This document shows positions 40,881-51,050 of a stretch of 64,000 bases of DNA, one piece after another. Below the pieces are notes generated by a model that was given only the letters and a program-made list of their open reading frames with translations, was not told the origin of the DNA and searched no databases. The translations under genes and the position numbers were made by a program. Source of the DNA: Gammaproteobacteria bacterium (GTDB lineage Bacteria; Pseudomonadota; Gammaproteobacteria; CAISUE01). The first letter of the stretch is position 1, and each line of letters begins with the position of its first letter. Location: assembly GCA_021156105.1 (NCBI GenBank), contig JAJNBD010000002.1:198416-262415 (forward strand). The letters are read 5' to 3'.

Positions 40881-41378
40881 ATGCGTAAAACAAGGAAGGT
40901 TCTGTTAAGCTTCATTTTATCGCTCACTTTTCTATTTACAAATAGCTTTGCTAATGTAAACATTAATAATTATATCCAGGTTGCTATCAATCAGCTCGGT
41001 GAATTGTCAGGCTATATGTCTTTTTTAACAAGCCATATTGCAGCTCAATTAACTGCGACGCCTGCAAGTAATTTAAATGGCATCAATCATAATGATATCT
41101 TTACCAATGGCGCAACATTTAGTGCGATAGATATCGTTAATGGTGTTATTTATATTTACCTCAATGAAAAAGTTGGTTTAAGCGCAATTGATAATCGTAC
41201 CATTAAATGTACGCCTAACCTAGCAAGCACGCGACAAGACGGGTTATATGATACGATCTTAAGTTGGACTTGTGTAACAGATATTCAGTACATGCATGCA
41301 AATGGGAAAAAATATGGCGTGCTAGATTACTTGCCTTATCCATTGTCTGATGCAACTTACAATGTAGCCATTACTTAA
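40881..41378 (+). CDS. Secreted pilin-like protein, paralog 3 (divergent)
   Basis: Signal peptide ...SFA; IKCTPN and LSWTCVTD motifs; no terminator before mshI-like gene. Confidence 0.5.
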   Translation: MRKTRKVLLSFILSLTFLFTNSFANVNINNYIQVAINQLGELSGYMSFLTSHIAAQLTATPASNLNGINHNDIFTNGATFSAIDIVNGVIYIYLNEKVGLSAIDNRTIKCTPNLASTRQDGLYDTILSWTCVTDIQYMHANGKKYGVLDYLPYPLSDATYNVAIT

Positions 41379-41387
41379 TTAACATTT

Positions 41388-42227
41388 ATGCGAATCAAAA
41401 AAGAAGGGATTAATGATTCTTACCATATCAGTTTAGCAAAAGCTCAGGACAAATTCGGCTGTACAATTGCTTATCAAAATAATTATGGTAAAAAAGAGTT
41501 GATTTTTGCGAATGTTGCAGATTTTGAAAAAATTTGCACAGCCTTGACAGCAATGCTTCCAAAAAGTCAAAGAAATATTTCCCTAAGGATGATATTAGAT
41601 CCTGCAGACTACCGATGCGTGGTAATAGAAAAACCTGCAGTGGCTGATCGTTATCTTCAAGAAGCAATCCATTGGAAATTGACCAAAGAATTACATCAAA
41701 GTTTAGAGAATTATTCGCTGCAAACTTATCAGCCCGTTATGGAGCAGCAGATGCTTTGGGTATATCTGGTTTCAAATGATATTTTAAATCAATATAAGCA
41801 ACTGGCACTTTCTTTTCCGAATTTCAAACTAGAGCTTATTGCTCCTCCAGAATTCGCTTTACTAAACTTGTTGAATGCTCTAACAAATTCAGAGAAGGGG
41901 CGCTTTGGACTTATCCATGAGTTTTCAAACTTTTTTATGCTGATATTTGCACAATCAGGACGGCTTGAGAAAGTTAGTTTAATACCGAGCGCGTCTGAAG
42001 CTGTGAAGTCTGTTTGGTTATCACAGATTCGTAATAGCATAGAATCAGTAGAGTCTACCCAGACGAAAGTGAATAAGTATTTTCTTAGTATCTCTAAAAA
42101 TAGCCAAGAGTTGCTAGCACCAGCATTGCAAGAAGAAAAGTGTGAGCCTTTAGTGCTGCAAAATGTTGAGGTAATTAAGGCAGCAGAATGGGTGGAGTTA
42201 GTAGTTTCGGTAGGAGGGGCTCTATGA
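41388..42227 (+). CDS. MshI-like (PilM-type) pilus assembly protein
   Basis: First gene of an operon whose order matches mshIJKLMNEG; 279 aa cytoplasmic protein. Confidence 0.4.
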   Translation: MRIKKEGINDSYHISLAKAQDKFGCTIAYQNNYGKKELIFANVADFEKICTALTAMLPKSQRNISLRMILDPADYRCVVIEKPAVADRYLQEAIHWKLTKELHQSLENYSLQTYQPVMEQQMLWVYLVSNDILNQYKQLALSFPNFKLELIAPPEFALLNLLNALTNSEKGRFGLIHEFSNFFMLIFAQSGRLEKVSLIPSASEAVKSVWLSQIRNSIESVESTQTKVNKYFLSISKNSQELLAPALQEEKCEPLVLQNVEVIKAAEWVELVVSVGGAL

Positions 42228-42898
42228 ATAAAGTCAATTCTCACTGCCTATTTGATGTCAATTTTGTGCAAGATAAAATTTCTTTTGCTCGTTTGTTCCG
42301 AGTAAAACTGGTTTTAAGTTTTGCGTTTAGCTTGATAGTGTTTCTTGGTCTAATTAGTTTATTATTGTGGGGAAAAGTTTATTTATTAGAAAAAGAGGTT
42401 TCGCAATTAAAAATAACTGAAACGAATGCTGAAAAAACCTTGGCGGGTATGTACAAGAATGATGTTGTTGCCATCTTGGGCGATAAACAGAAAATGGAAC
42501 TTAGAGGGTTCGGTCAAATTTTACAAGGTTTAGCAACCTTGCATTATGAGCAACTTTGGTTGAACACGTTAAATCTTAAAGGTTCACCACTTTCAGTTAG
42601 TATTTATGGTCAAGCGCTTGATTCAAGTTTGGTGCAGTTGTATTACGCAAAGCTTTTGGCTCTTCCTGTATTTTCTCGCTTAGATTTGCGAATTATTGAA
42701 ATTAATGATGTCAAAAAAGCTTTGAGCCAAAAAGAAAAACAAACAATAGAGCGACAGAAAAGCCAAGGCTTACCGGTAGATAATTTTTTAATAAATCCAG
42801 TAACTGATTTTACTATTTCTAACCTTCCAGAAAAAGAAATTAAAAAGAAAAGAGGTGAGGGAGATCCAGATGCAAGGAGTCGTGCAAATGGATTTTAA
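42224..42898 (+). CDS. PilN/MshI2-like bitopic pilus assembly protein
   Basis: aggagg SD before the ATG at 42224; single TM then coiled coil. Confidence 0.4.
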   Translation: MNKVNSHCLFDVNFVQDKISFARLFRVKLVLSFAFSLIVFLGLISLLLWGKVYLLEKEVSQLKITETNAEKTLAGMYKNDVVAILGDKQKMELRGFGQILQGLATLHYEQLWLNTLNLKGSPLSVSIYGQALDSSLVQLYYAKLLALPVFSRLDLRIIEINDVKKALSQKEKQTIERQKSQGLPVDNFLINPVTDFTISNLPEKEIKKKRGEGDPDARSRANGF

Positions 42899-43436
42899 AT
42901 ATAAGTCTCTTTTATTGAATATTAGTGTGATATTAGCTATTTTTTTAGTGATTATATTTTTTTGGCTAAAAAATATATTTTTGCCTTTATACGCTGAAGT
43001 AGATACACAGAAAAAGGCAATTGAGGCTATTGAAGATAAAACCAATAAAATTCTTTCATTCGATAGAAATGAGGCAAATATATTCTTTGCTAACCAATTT
43101 ATTTCTTCTTCTACACTTAATGAGAAGCTTTACCAAATAACTAAGCGTCACCTGAATGTTGTATTATTAACAATGTCTGTTTCAGAGCCGACCAAAATGC
43201 CAGTTGAAAAGGCATTAGGCGCGGATTTAACAGCCTATAGCCATCAGCATATCTCTGAAGTTAAAATAACACATTACCATATGCAAGTTGCAGGGACTTA
43301 CCAAGCTATTTGTAGTTTTTTAAAAGATGTCTATGCTTTGGGGCCAAGCACTTTTTGGGAAAAATTAGATTTGGAGATTGCAAATTACCCAAAACTTGTG
43401 GCAAGTTTAGATTTTTATATTATGGACCGTGCATGA
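42888..43436 (+). CDS. PilO/MshJ-like pilus assembly protein
   Basis: aaggag SD; N-terminal TM; size and position. Confidence 0.4.
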   Translation: MDFKYKSLLLNISVILAIFLVIIFFWLKNIFLPLYAEVDTQKKAIEAIEDKTNKILSFDRNEANIFFANQFISSSTLNEKLYQITKRHLNVVLLTMSVSEPTKMPVEKALGADLTAYSHQHISEVKITHYHMQVAGTYQAICSFLKDVYALGPSTFWEKLDLEIANYPKLVASLDFYIMDRA

Positions 43437-43789
43437 GGAATATTATCTGCTTTGCTTTGCTAGCATTGATAAATTCAGGGTTGGCTGATGTTTTTTATGA
43501 CCCATTTTCGCGTCCTGCGAACATGCAAAGCGCAGCAAAAAATAATGCCTATAGTGTTTTTCAAGGAACTGATTTAAAAATCGATATGCTTATGTTGGCG
43601 CCAGATAAAAAGGATAGCTTTTTTGTGAGCGATGGAAAAGTTTATAAGGTTGGTGATTATTTTGGCTCAAACCAAATCATGGATATTAAAAATTTTAGTG
43701 TTACTTTATGGAATGGGGTGCTTAGTTTTGACATCCCAGTTACAGAGGATATTTCAGGTGATATGCAAATTACGGAGACCGCAGGATAA
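43433..43789 (+). CDS. PilP/MshK-like protein
   Basis: Signal peptide MRNIICFALLALINSGLA; ATGA overlap with the preceding gene. Confidence 0.4.
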   Translation: MRNIICFALLALINSGLADVFYDPFSRPANMQSAAKNNAYSVFQGTDLKIDMLMLAPDKKDSFFVSDGKVYKVGDYFGSNQIMDIKNFSVTLWNGVLSFDIPVTEDISGDMQITETAG

Positions 43790-45378
43790 TGAAAAAAGTT
43801 ACCACAGCATATCTAGCTATTATTGTGTCAATGTTGGTGGCATGTTCTCCTGTTGATAAAATGAATCAGAAGAACCAGCAAGATATTAATAGTACTATTA
43901 ACCAAGCGTTACTAAGCAATCAGGCTATCAAAGATAAAGCGCAAGCAGAAATAAGTAGGCCAAATTACAATTCGGTGTTGACTGATTTATTGCCAAACAT
44001 CAATAAGCCTGAGAATAAAGCATTTGAAAAGCATATTAGCATTAGTGTAGATAAGGTTCCAGCAAAAGATTTTTTTGCGCGTATTAGTCAGCAGCTTAAA
44101 ATAAGCATTTTACCTTCGCCGGATATTAAGCAAGATATTAGCTTGTCTTTGTATTCTGTCACTTTATCACAAATTTTCGATGCCTTAACCAAGCTTTATA
44201 ATTTTGATTTTGTGAAGACTAGCTTTGGTTATTATGTCTCTTTGCGCCAATCAACGATTGAAACTTATCATTTAAACCGCCTTGCAATTACGCGTAATGC
44301 TAGGAACTCAATGAATGTGACTGGTGTGAGTATTACCGGCGGAAGTTCTAACGCTGGTGCTGGTGCTGGTGCTGGCACTGGTGCTAATGCTCAGGCTTCA
44401 GGAGGTAGTGGTAGTGGTTCTTCGACAATTGATACCAGTTCAAGCGACAAAGATTTTTGGAAAAATCTTGTCAATGCGATCAAACTTATTACGGCTGATG
44501 ACCCTAATAGCAAGATAGAGGCAACGCCTGAGACAGGGACGCTGATTGTCAAAACCTATACAAGTTTGCAAACACAGGTGGCTAAATATATTCAAAAAAT
44601 TCAGCAAATTGGTAATAGACAAGTTGTTATTGAAGCAAAAGTTTTAGAAGTGCAGCTGAATAAAAGCTATAGCACTGGAATTAATTGGCAAACTGCCCAC
44701 GTGACCTTTGACGGTGGAGTAGGTAAATTTACTTGGAATTCAACGATCAATAATCCACTGACTCGTGTTATCACACTTTTATCTCAGCAAGGAAAAGTGA
44801 CAGTGCTTTCAAGCCCTAAAGTGACAACGATGAATAATCAGCAAGCCTTAATTAAGATTGGTGGCGATCGTTACTATGTGACAGGTGTAGAAACGAGCAC
44901 CACGCCGATTGGTACCACAGCGCAGCAGAATCAAAACGTGAATTTAAATCCTTTCTTTTCAGGTATTGCGCTTGATGTATTGCCACAAATTAGTGATGAC
45001 GAATTTATTACTTTGCACATTCATCCGATGATTAGTCGGGTGCAGGATGATCAAAGAACGATTAAACTGTCAGATACTCAAACATTAGAATTACCAATGG
45101 CACAGGATTCTGTGCGGGAAGCTGATGAAGTTGTACGTGCACGTAGCGGAGAAGTAGTGGTAATTGGGGGATTAATGGAAAGTGCGGCAAGTGCTAGTGG
45201 TAAAGGTATTCCAGGCTTAGCAGATGCGGGTATTTTTACTTCTAAGAACGATACTGGTACGACCACTGAACTTGTTATCCTGCTCCAGGCCTCTACGGTA
45301 AAGGATAATTCTTGGATAGATCAGTTAAGTAAAGCTAATGCTGATATGAAGTCATTGAATGGATTAGATGTTGGCTAA
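43789..45378 (+). CDS. Secretin (MshL/PilQ/GspD family), lipoprotein
   Basis: Lipobox LVAC; C-terminal secretin domain (VLSSPKVTTMNNQQALIKIGGDRYYV... VVIGGLM); Gly/Ala/Ser-rich insert. Confidence 0.8.
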   Translation: MKKVTTAYLAIIVSMLVACSPVDKMNQKNQQDINSTINQALLSNQAIKDKAQAEISRPNYNSVLTDLLPNINKPENKAFEKHISISVDKVPAKDFFARISQQLKISILPSPDIKQDISLSLYSVTLSQIFDALTKLYNFDFVKTSFGYYVSLRQSTIETYHLNRLAITRNARNSMNVTGVSITGGSSNAGAGAGAGTGANAQASGGSGSGSSTIDTSSSDKDFWKNLVNAIKLITADDPNSKIEATPETGTLIVKTYTSLQTQVAKYIQKIQQIGNRQVVIEAKVLEVQLNKSYSTGINWQTAHVTFDGGVGKFTWNSTINNPLTRVITLLSQQGKVTVLSSPKVTTMNNQQALIKIGGDRYYVTGVETSTTPIGTTAQQNQNVNLNPFFSGIALDVLPQISDDEFITLHIHPMISRVQDDQRTIKLSDTQTLELPMAQDSVREADEVVRARSGEVVVIGGLMESAASASGKGIPGLADAGIFTSKNDTGTTTELVILLQASTVKDNSWIDQLSKANADMKSLNGLDVG

Positions 45379-45392
45379 GGGTAAAGCAAACT

Positions 45393-46328
45393 ATGGCTGA
45401 AGCTGTTTTAAAATATTTTAAATTGAGAACAGACCCATTTTGTCTGACGCCAGATACCAGGCTTTATTGCAATTTGCCAATTTATGAAGAAACCATCGAA
45501 ACTATTCTATTTAGTTTAATAGAAGGAAATAGCATTGTCTTAGTTAGTGGTGAGGTTGGTTTAGGTAAGACAATGCTTTGCCGCAAGCTTTTAATTTTTC
45601 TTGATGAAAATTTCCAGACAATTTTTATTCCGCAACCCAATATGTCGGAAAGATCATTGCTGAATGCAATCGCAGCTGAGTTAGGCATTGATGTTCCGCC
45701 ATTGCAAGATCCGTATCCTTTAATAAATGCACATTTGCTGGAAAGTGCGGCACACAATAAGAAAACTATCTTAGTGGTTGATGAAGCACAAACGATTCCC
45801 GATAAATCGCTAGAAACAATCAGGCTCTTAACTAATCTTGAAACGGAGTCAGAAAAGCTTCTTCAAGTGGTTCTTTTTGCTCAGCCAGAAATCCAAGAAC
45901 GTTTGGCACAAAAGAAACTTCGCCCATTAGCGCAAAGAGTCGTCCAGGTATGTGGGTTGAAGCCTTTATCTTTAGAGGATACAGCAGCTTATTTAAGAAA
46001 AAAATTAATGAAAGCTAATTGCCCTCGCCGAACGATATTTGCTAATGATGCGGTAAAACTTATTTGGAAAAAAAGCAAAGGTGTTCCGAGGGTAATTAAT
46101 ATTTTATCTTATAAAGCTATGTTAAGTGCTTTTGCAAGAGAAAAAAATGAAATTAGCAAAAAAGACGTTCGCCTTGCCTTAGCAGAAAGCCAAGTGCCTT
46201 TAATGGGAATACATCAGGCTAAGACCAAACCTAGGTCCAAAAGTTTGTATATCTTACTTTGGGTAATAGGTTTACTGTGTTTTGTTATTATTTTAATCAT
46301 TAGCATCATGCTATTGGGAATTATATGA
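45393..46328 (+). CDS. ExeA/MshM-like AAA ATPase
   Basis: Walker A GEVGLGKT, Walker B VVDEAQ; C-terminal TM. Confidence 0.7.
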   Translation: MAEAVLKYFKLRTDPFCLTPDTRLYCNLPIYEETIETILFSLIEGNSIVLVSGEVGLGKTMLCRKLLIFLDENFQTIFIPQPNMSERSLLNAIAAELGIDVPPLQDPYPLINAHLLESAAHNKKTILVVDEAQTIPDKSLETIRLLTNLETESEKLLQVVLFAQPEIQERLAQKKLRPLAQRVVQVCGLKPLSLEDTAAYLRKKLMKANCPRRTIFANDAVKLIWKKSKGVPRVINILSYKAMLSAFAREKNEISKKDVRLALAESQVPLMGIHQAKTKPRSKSLYILLWVIGLLCFVIILIISIMLLGII

Positions 46329-47401
46329 GCATCGTTTTAGATGTTTTGAGAAAGATAGAAAAGACACGCCACCCTCAAAATCAAAGCGATGAGAGTGGCG
46401 ATGAGCAGTTAACCAGTGCCGCTTATGTGCCTCAAGGATCAGGAAAAAATAAGTTTTTTTTGATTAGTGGGTTAGTTGTCTGCATTCTTATACTGCTCGG
46501 GGTCGCTGGATACTTGATTTATAGCCTTTCTGGGCATTTTTCTTTAACGAAACACTCGCAGAAAGCAGAAGCAGCCAAGATTATGTCACAACAAAAAACT
46601 GATTCAAATGCAGCAGAAAACAAGTCACTGCAAGTGCCTGTTCCTGTCAATGTTTTAAGTGAAATAAATAGTGGTGCGTCGCATAACACACCTTATGTGT
46701 TGTCGCCGCATGACTCTTCGGTGCAAAAAGCATTAAAAAATTTTGATAAAAAAATACCCCCGCCACCGCCGCCAACAGATAATTCTTTTAATGATACGTA
46801 TTCTGCGATGAATACGCCACCAAGTGACGTGGTTACTGTTCCAGCAGATGTTGCTTTGAAGAAACTATTAGGTTTGGCAATGTCAGGTCACGAAGATGAA
46901 CTACAAACAGCTTTGACCAGTTATAGTCAGCAAGATAACTTTAATGAAGTTGTCACAAAAGTTATTACAAGTCTTAAAATGGCTAACCGCCCTGAGGTTG
47001 TCATTCGCTTTGCAAGAGATGTTTATTTTGCAGATAACTCAAGCGTTTTTGCGAAGCAATTATTTGCGTCAACTTTAACAGAGTACAACCAGCCTACTCA
47101 GGCAATAAAATTATTAGAAACTGAAATGCCTGATTTTACTAACAATGCTGGTTACTATTCAGTGTTGGCGACAGCGTATCTAAAAAATGCAAATTTCTCT
47201 CAGGCAGGCAGTATTTATCGCAAGTTGGCCGAGCAAGATCCCTATGACGCACGTTACTGGCTAGGATTAGGTATCTGTTATCAAATGCAAAATGATAAAG
47301 ATGGAGCATTAAAAGCATATCAAGCAGCTCTCAGTAATGCCCCACCTGACTGGTCTGCGGCAGCTTATGTAGCGCAACAAATGAGGCAACTTACTCAATG
47401 A
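46325..47401 (+). CDS. MshN-like TPR protein
   Basis: N-terminal TM, poly-Pro tract, C-terminal TPR-like repeats; position. Confidence 0.45.
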   Translation: MSIVLDVLRKIEKTRHPQNQSDESGDEQLTSAAYVPQGSGKNKFFLISGLVVCILILLGVAGYLIYSLSGHFSLTKHSQKAEAAKIMSQQKTDSNAAENKSLQVPVPVNVLSEINSGASHNTPYVLSPHDSSVQKALKNFDKKIPPPPPPTDNSFNDTYSAMNTPPSDVVTVPADVALKKLLGLAMSGHEDELQTALTSYSQQDNFNEVVTKVITSLKMANRPEVVIRFARDVYFADNSSVFAKQLFASTLTEYNQPTQAIKLLETEMPDFTNNAGYYSVLATAYLKNANFSQAGSIYRKLAEQDPYDARYWLGLGICYQMQNDKDGALKAYQAALSNAPPDWSAAAYVAQQMRQLTQ

Positions 47402-49092
47402 CTGAGGTTCTTGGAAAACCGTTAGATTTTTTAACTTTTTTAAGGCAGGTGTCTACTTATCCTTTGGATGGGATTTCCGCTTTACCTGATGGGAAAAATG
47501 CAATTGAGTGGTTATATAATGAAAAGAATTTTCGGCTTGATGAATTAAGGCTATATTATGATTGTTGGTTAGCAATCCCTCAATATAAAATAGAAAAAGT
47601 AGATTTAGGTTTAACTAAATATATTCCAGAAGAGATCGCTAGGCGTTATCTTGCTTTACCTGTTAAGCTCGATAATGAAGAGCTCATTATTGCATTTGCA
47701 AACCCTTTGAAAGTTGAGGCAGTTGCTGCTGTGGTGCAAGCTGTGCGGAACTTCAAAGTAATTCCAGCGATAGCGAAGGAAGAAGATTTAGAGTATGCGC
47801 TTCAAAGCGCATTTCAACATGTAGAAGAAATGCAGGATTTAGCTGAGCAGCTCAATGTTCTGGCGATAGAAGAAAATGTTAAGAAGGTTTCTGATTATGA
47901 AGTGGCAACTGTTGAAGATGATAGTCAAGTTAGCCAATTGCTTAATACAATATTGAATGATGCAATTGAGCAAAATGCTAGCGATATTCATATTGAATAT
48001 GAAAACCAAACTTTGCACGTAAGATACCGTATCGCCACTGTATTAGTTGAGCAAGCAAGCCTCCCTAGGAATACAGCAGATATTCTTTTGCGACGTTTGT
48101 TGATTATCTCAAAAGGTGATATTACTGAACTGCGTTTGCCCCAAGATACAAGCTTTGATTATATTTATCGAGAAAAAAAATATGGCGTGCGGGCATCTTT
48201 TTTATTTACTTCGACAGGTTATACGGTTGTATTGAGGTTATTAAAAGGTTCAAGTTTTTACCAATCACTTAGAAATTTCATTTATGAAGACACGGTTTAT
48301 CAATCCTTAGAGAAGTTTTTAAATGGCAGAAGTGGAATGTTGTTGATTTCTGGCCCAACGTCGAGTGGTAAAACAACAACTATCTATAGTGCTTTATCCT
48401 ATGTTAACAATGCTTCCACAAAAATTATTACCATGGAGGATCCCGTTGAAAGTGAAATTCCGGGGGTAAACCAAGTTGAGATTAATCCTGCGATTGGGCT
48501 TGATTTTTCAGATGTAATTCGCTCCTGTTTGCGTCAAAATCCTGATGTGTTGATGGTGGGGGAAATTCGTGATCAAGTATCTGCATCAATGTCTCTACGA
48601 GCGGCGGTAACAGGTATCATGGTAATGGCAACGATCCATACTAAGAATACTTCTGCTATTGTATTGCGATTATTAGATTTGGGCGTGGAGGCGGCGATGA
48701 TCGCTATGGGGATTAATCTGATGGTATCACAACGGTTGGTTTTATTACTGTGTGATCACTGCAGGGTAGTTACTCCGCTCACGGAGACAGAGTTGCAAGT
48801 GTTAGATGCTTTAGATCCTAAATATCGCCTGCAATCTTTCTATACTTGCTCAGGCTGTGTGCAGTGTAGTTTTACAGGCTACAGCGGGCCTTTGGCGATT
48901 TTTGAGTTGTTAGAAATGGATCAGGAGTTGGCTAATAGCATTCTATCGCAAGAGAGGCATAAGTTTGCTGAGATTGCTGATAAGAAACTCCAAGGTAAAA
49001 CCTTGTTAGATAAAGCGCTGGGGCTTGCATTAGAAGGAAAGATTAGTTTGAAAGAAGTGTTCAAAATTTCATATACTGGATCACTTGCTTAA
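47398..49092 (+). CDS. Type IV pilus / T2SS assembly ATPase (GspE/MshE family)
   Basis: N-terminal GspE_N domain, Walker A GPTSSGKTTT, Asp and His boxes, C-terminal tetra-Cys motif. Confidence 0.85.
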   Translation: MTEVLGKPLDFLTFLRQVSTYPLDGISALPDGKNAIEWLYNEKNFRLDELRLYYDCWLAIPQYKIEKVDLGLTKYIPEEIARRYLALPVKLDNEELIIAFANPLKVEAVAAVVQAVRNFKVIPAIAKEEDLEYALQSAFQHVEEMQDLAEQLNVLAIEENVKKVSDYEVATVEDDSQVSQLLNTILNDAIEQNASDIHIEYENQTLHVRYRIATVLVEQASLPRNTADILLRRLLIISKGDITELRLPQDTSFDYIYREKKYGVRASFLFTSTGYTVVLRLLKGSSFYQSLRNFIYEDTVYQSLEKFLNGRSGMLLISGPTSSGKTTTIYSALSYVNNASTKIITMEDPVESEIPGVNQVEINPAIGLDFSDVIRSCLRQNPDVLMVGEIRDQVSASMSLRAAVTGIMVMATIHTKNTSAIVLRLLDLGVEAAMIAMGINLMVSQRLVLLLCDHCRVVTPLTETELQVLDALDPKYRLQSFYTCSGCVQCSFTGYSGPLAIFELLEMDQELANSILSQERHKFAEIADKKLQGKTLLDKALGLALEGKISLKEVFKISYTGSLA

Positions 49093-50297
49093 TGTTAAAA
49101 AAACTCAAGCTTTTTAGATTTATTGCAGTGAATGCCGCTCAAAAAAAGATTGAGGGTTACCTGTTTGCTTGTCATGCCTCAGAAGTTTATTTTTTTCTTT
49201 CAAAGCAAAACTTAACTTTGGTTTCTGTTCAAGAAGCTTCGCATATTTGGTATTTTCTCAAAAGCTGCCTTTTTTGGTTTTCTTCTATTTACCATATTAC
49301 GCCCAAAATGCAAGCTTTTTTTTATCGTTATTTAGGTGAGTTGTTACAGGCAGGCTTTCCCCCAAGCGAGGCTATTTTTTATTTGTTGAAGAATACACGT
49401 TGCATTCCTTTAAAAAAAATAACTTATATTCTTTGGGTAAGGATAAATCAGGGGCATAAACTGTCACAGGCTTTTGCGGAGTTACCAGAAAGTTTTATTT
49501 CCCGAAGGGACTTGTCGTTAATTACGGCTTCAGAAAATCTGCCCCACATTGAGCAATTGTTTCTCTCGATAGCAGATGAAAAGGAAGAAAGGATTAAAAC
49601 ACGTTTTGCAGTAGTTTCTTCTGTTTATTTGCTGCTAGGGTTAATTTTTGTAATATTCTTTGCTTCACATCATGTGGCGGTTAATACTATTCCTCATTTA
49701 ATTAATGATGGTCGCTTAAATAACTATGAATTAACTGCAACAATGCAGCTGTATAACCTTGTTTTTGGGCTGGAATTTTTAAATATTTTGATCATACTGT
49801 CTTTGACAGCGGTGATTGTATTTTTTCTTTCAAAAATATTTAAAAAGGTTTATATGAGATTTTTGCCTTACTTCCGTGAAATAATAAGAATAGGAGAGGT
49901 TTATAGCTTTTTCTCAGCTTTTGCACTTGGATTGCGTAACCATCTTACACTTCAAGAGGCCTTTTTGATTGCGGGGCAAGCACTCGGGAAAGATTATTTT
50001 AGGAAAAATGCTTTAAAAATCTATGAAAGAATCATTCAAGGAGTTAGATTTGAAGATGCTGTAACTAATTCAAATCTATTGAACTCAGAAGAGCAGCAGC
50101 TGATTAACTTATCTATCGCATCAAGACAGGCAGAAGAAGCGGCAGCCTCTATTAGAGATTATGCAAGAATGAAAATGATTTTTTATACAAAGCTAAGTAC
50201 GAACCTAATCCAAATTAGTCTTGTTGCGCTACTCCTTGCTATCGTTGTCCTGAATATTGCTTTCTTTTTAGAGGTCTATTTTATTACGAAGGGGTGA
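49092..50297 (+). CDS. GspF/MshG/PilC-family inner-membrane platform protein
   Basis: 401 aa, two GspF-like repeats, 3 TM; coupled to the ATPase stop. Confidence 0.7.
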   Translation: MLKKLKLFRFIAVNAAQKKIEGYLFACHASEVYFFLSKQNLTLVSVQEASHIWYFLKSCLFWFSSIYHITPKMQAFFYRYLGELLQAGFPPSEAIFYLLKNTRCIPLKKITYILWVRINQGHKLSQAFAELPESFISRRDLSLITASENLPHIEQLFLSIADEKEERIKTRFAVVSSVYLLLGLIFVIFFASHHVAVNTIPHLINDGRLNNYELTATMQLYNLVFGLEFLNILIILSLTAVIVFFLSKIFKKVYMRFLPYFREIIRIGEVYSFFSAFALGLRNHLTLQEAFLIAGQALGKDYFRKNALKIYERIIQGVRFEDAVTNSNLLNSEEQQLINLSIASRQAEEAAASIRDYARMKMIFYTKLSTNLIQISLVALLLAIVVLNIAFFLEVYFITKG

Positions 50298-50388
50298 TAC
50301 TGTTTGAGGGATTCGTCAAAAACCTAAGCGGCCTGCTTTACTCATTCTATGATAAAATAAGGTTTTAAAAAAATTTACTTTCTAGCCT

Positions 50389-51042
50389 ATGCTTAATCAA
50401 CAAGCACGTGAAACAATGATTCGTCAGCAGCTTCGTACGGGAGGAGTGACAGATCCTGCTGTATTGAGAGTGGTTAATGAAACCCCACGAGAAGCTTTCG
50501 TTCCGCCAGCTTATCGTTCCTTCGCTTATGCTGATTTTCGTATTCCTTTGGCTAATGGGCAAGAAATGTTTTATCCAGAAGATGAAGCATTAATTTTGCA
50601 AGCTCTTTCAATACAGTCAACGGACCAGATTTTAGAAATCGGTACTGGTAGTGGTTATTTTACAGCACTGCTTGCGCAGCTGGGCGGAGCTGTCACGTCA
50701 GTGGATATTTGTCAAAGCTTTATTGATGCTGCACGAAGCAACCCGTTATTGACCCAATACCGAGGTATTAATTGGATGTGTGGTGATGCATCTAAGGGAC
50801 CGCTTAAAGTCTCAGCAACTTACGATATTATTTTTATTTCAGGCGGTTTATATTTTCTGCCGCCCGCTTATTTAGAGGCGCTTAACCCTGGCGGCCGTCT
50901 AGTGGCAATTATCGGTCAACCTGAAGTAATGGATGCTATGCTTTACACAAAAACAGGGGCGGGCTTACTGCAAAAACGTTTGTTTGAAACAGTAACGCCT
51001 TATTTGGTAAATGCCCAGCCATTGGAAAATTTTAAATTTTAG
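50389..51042 (+). CDS. pcm: Protein-L-isoaspartate O-methyltransferase
   Basis: ILEIGTGSGYFTALLAQL SAM motif and PCMT-type N-terminus. Confidence 0.85.
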   Translation: MLNQQARETMIRQQLRTGGVTDPAVLRVVNETPREAFVPPAYRSFAYADFRIPLANGQEMFYPEDEALILQALSIQSTDQILEIGTGSGYFTALLAQLGGAVTSVDICQSFIDAARSNPLLTQYRGINWMCGDASKGPLKVSATYDIIFISGGLYFLPPAYLEALNPGGRLVAIIGQPEVMDAMLYTKTGAGLLQKRLFETVTPYLVNAQPLENFKF

Positions 51043-51050
51043 TAAAACTT

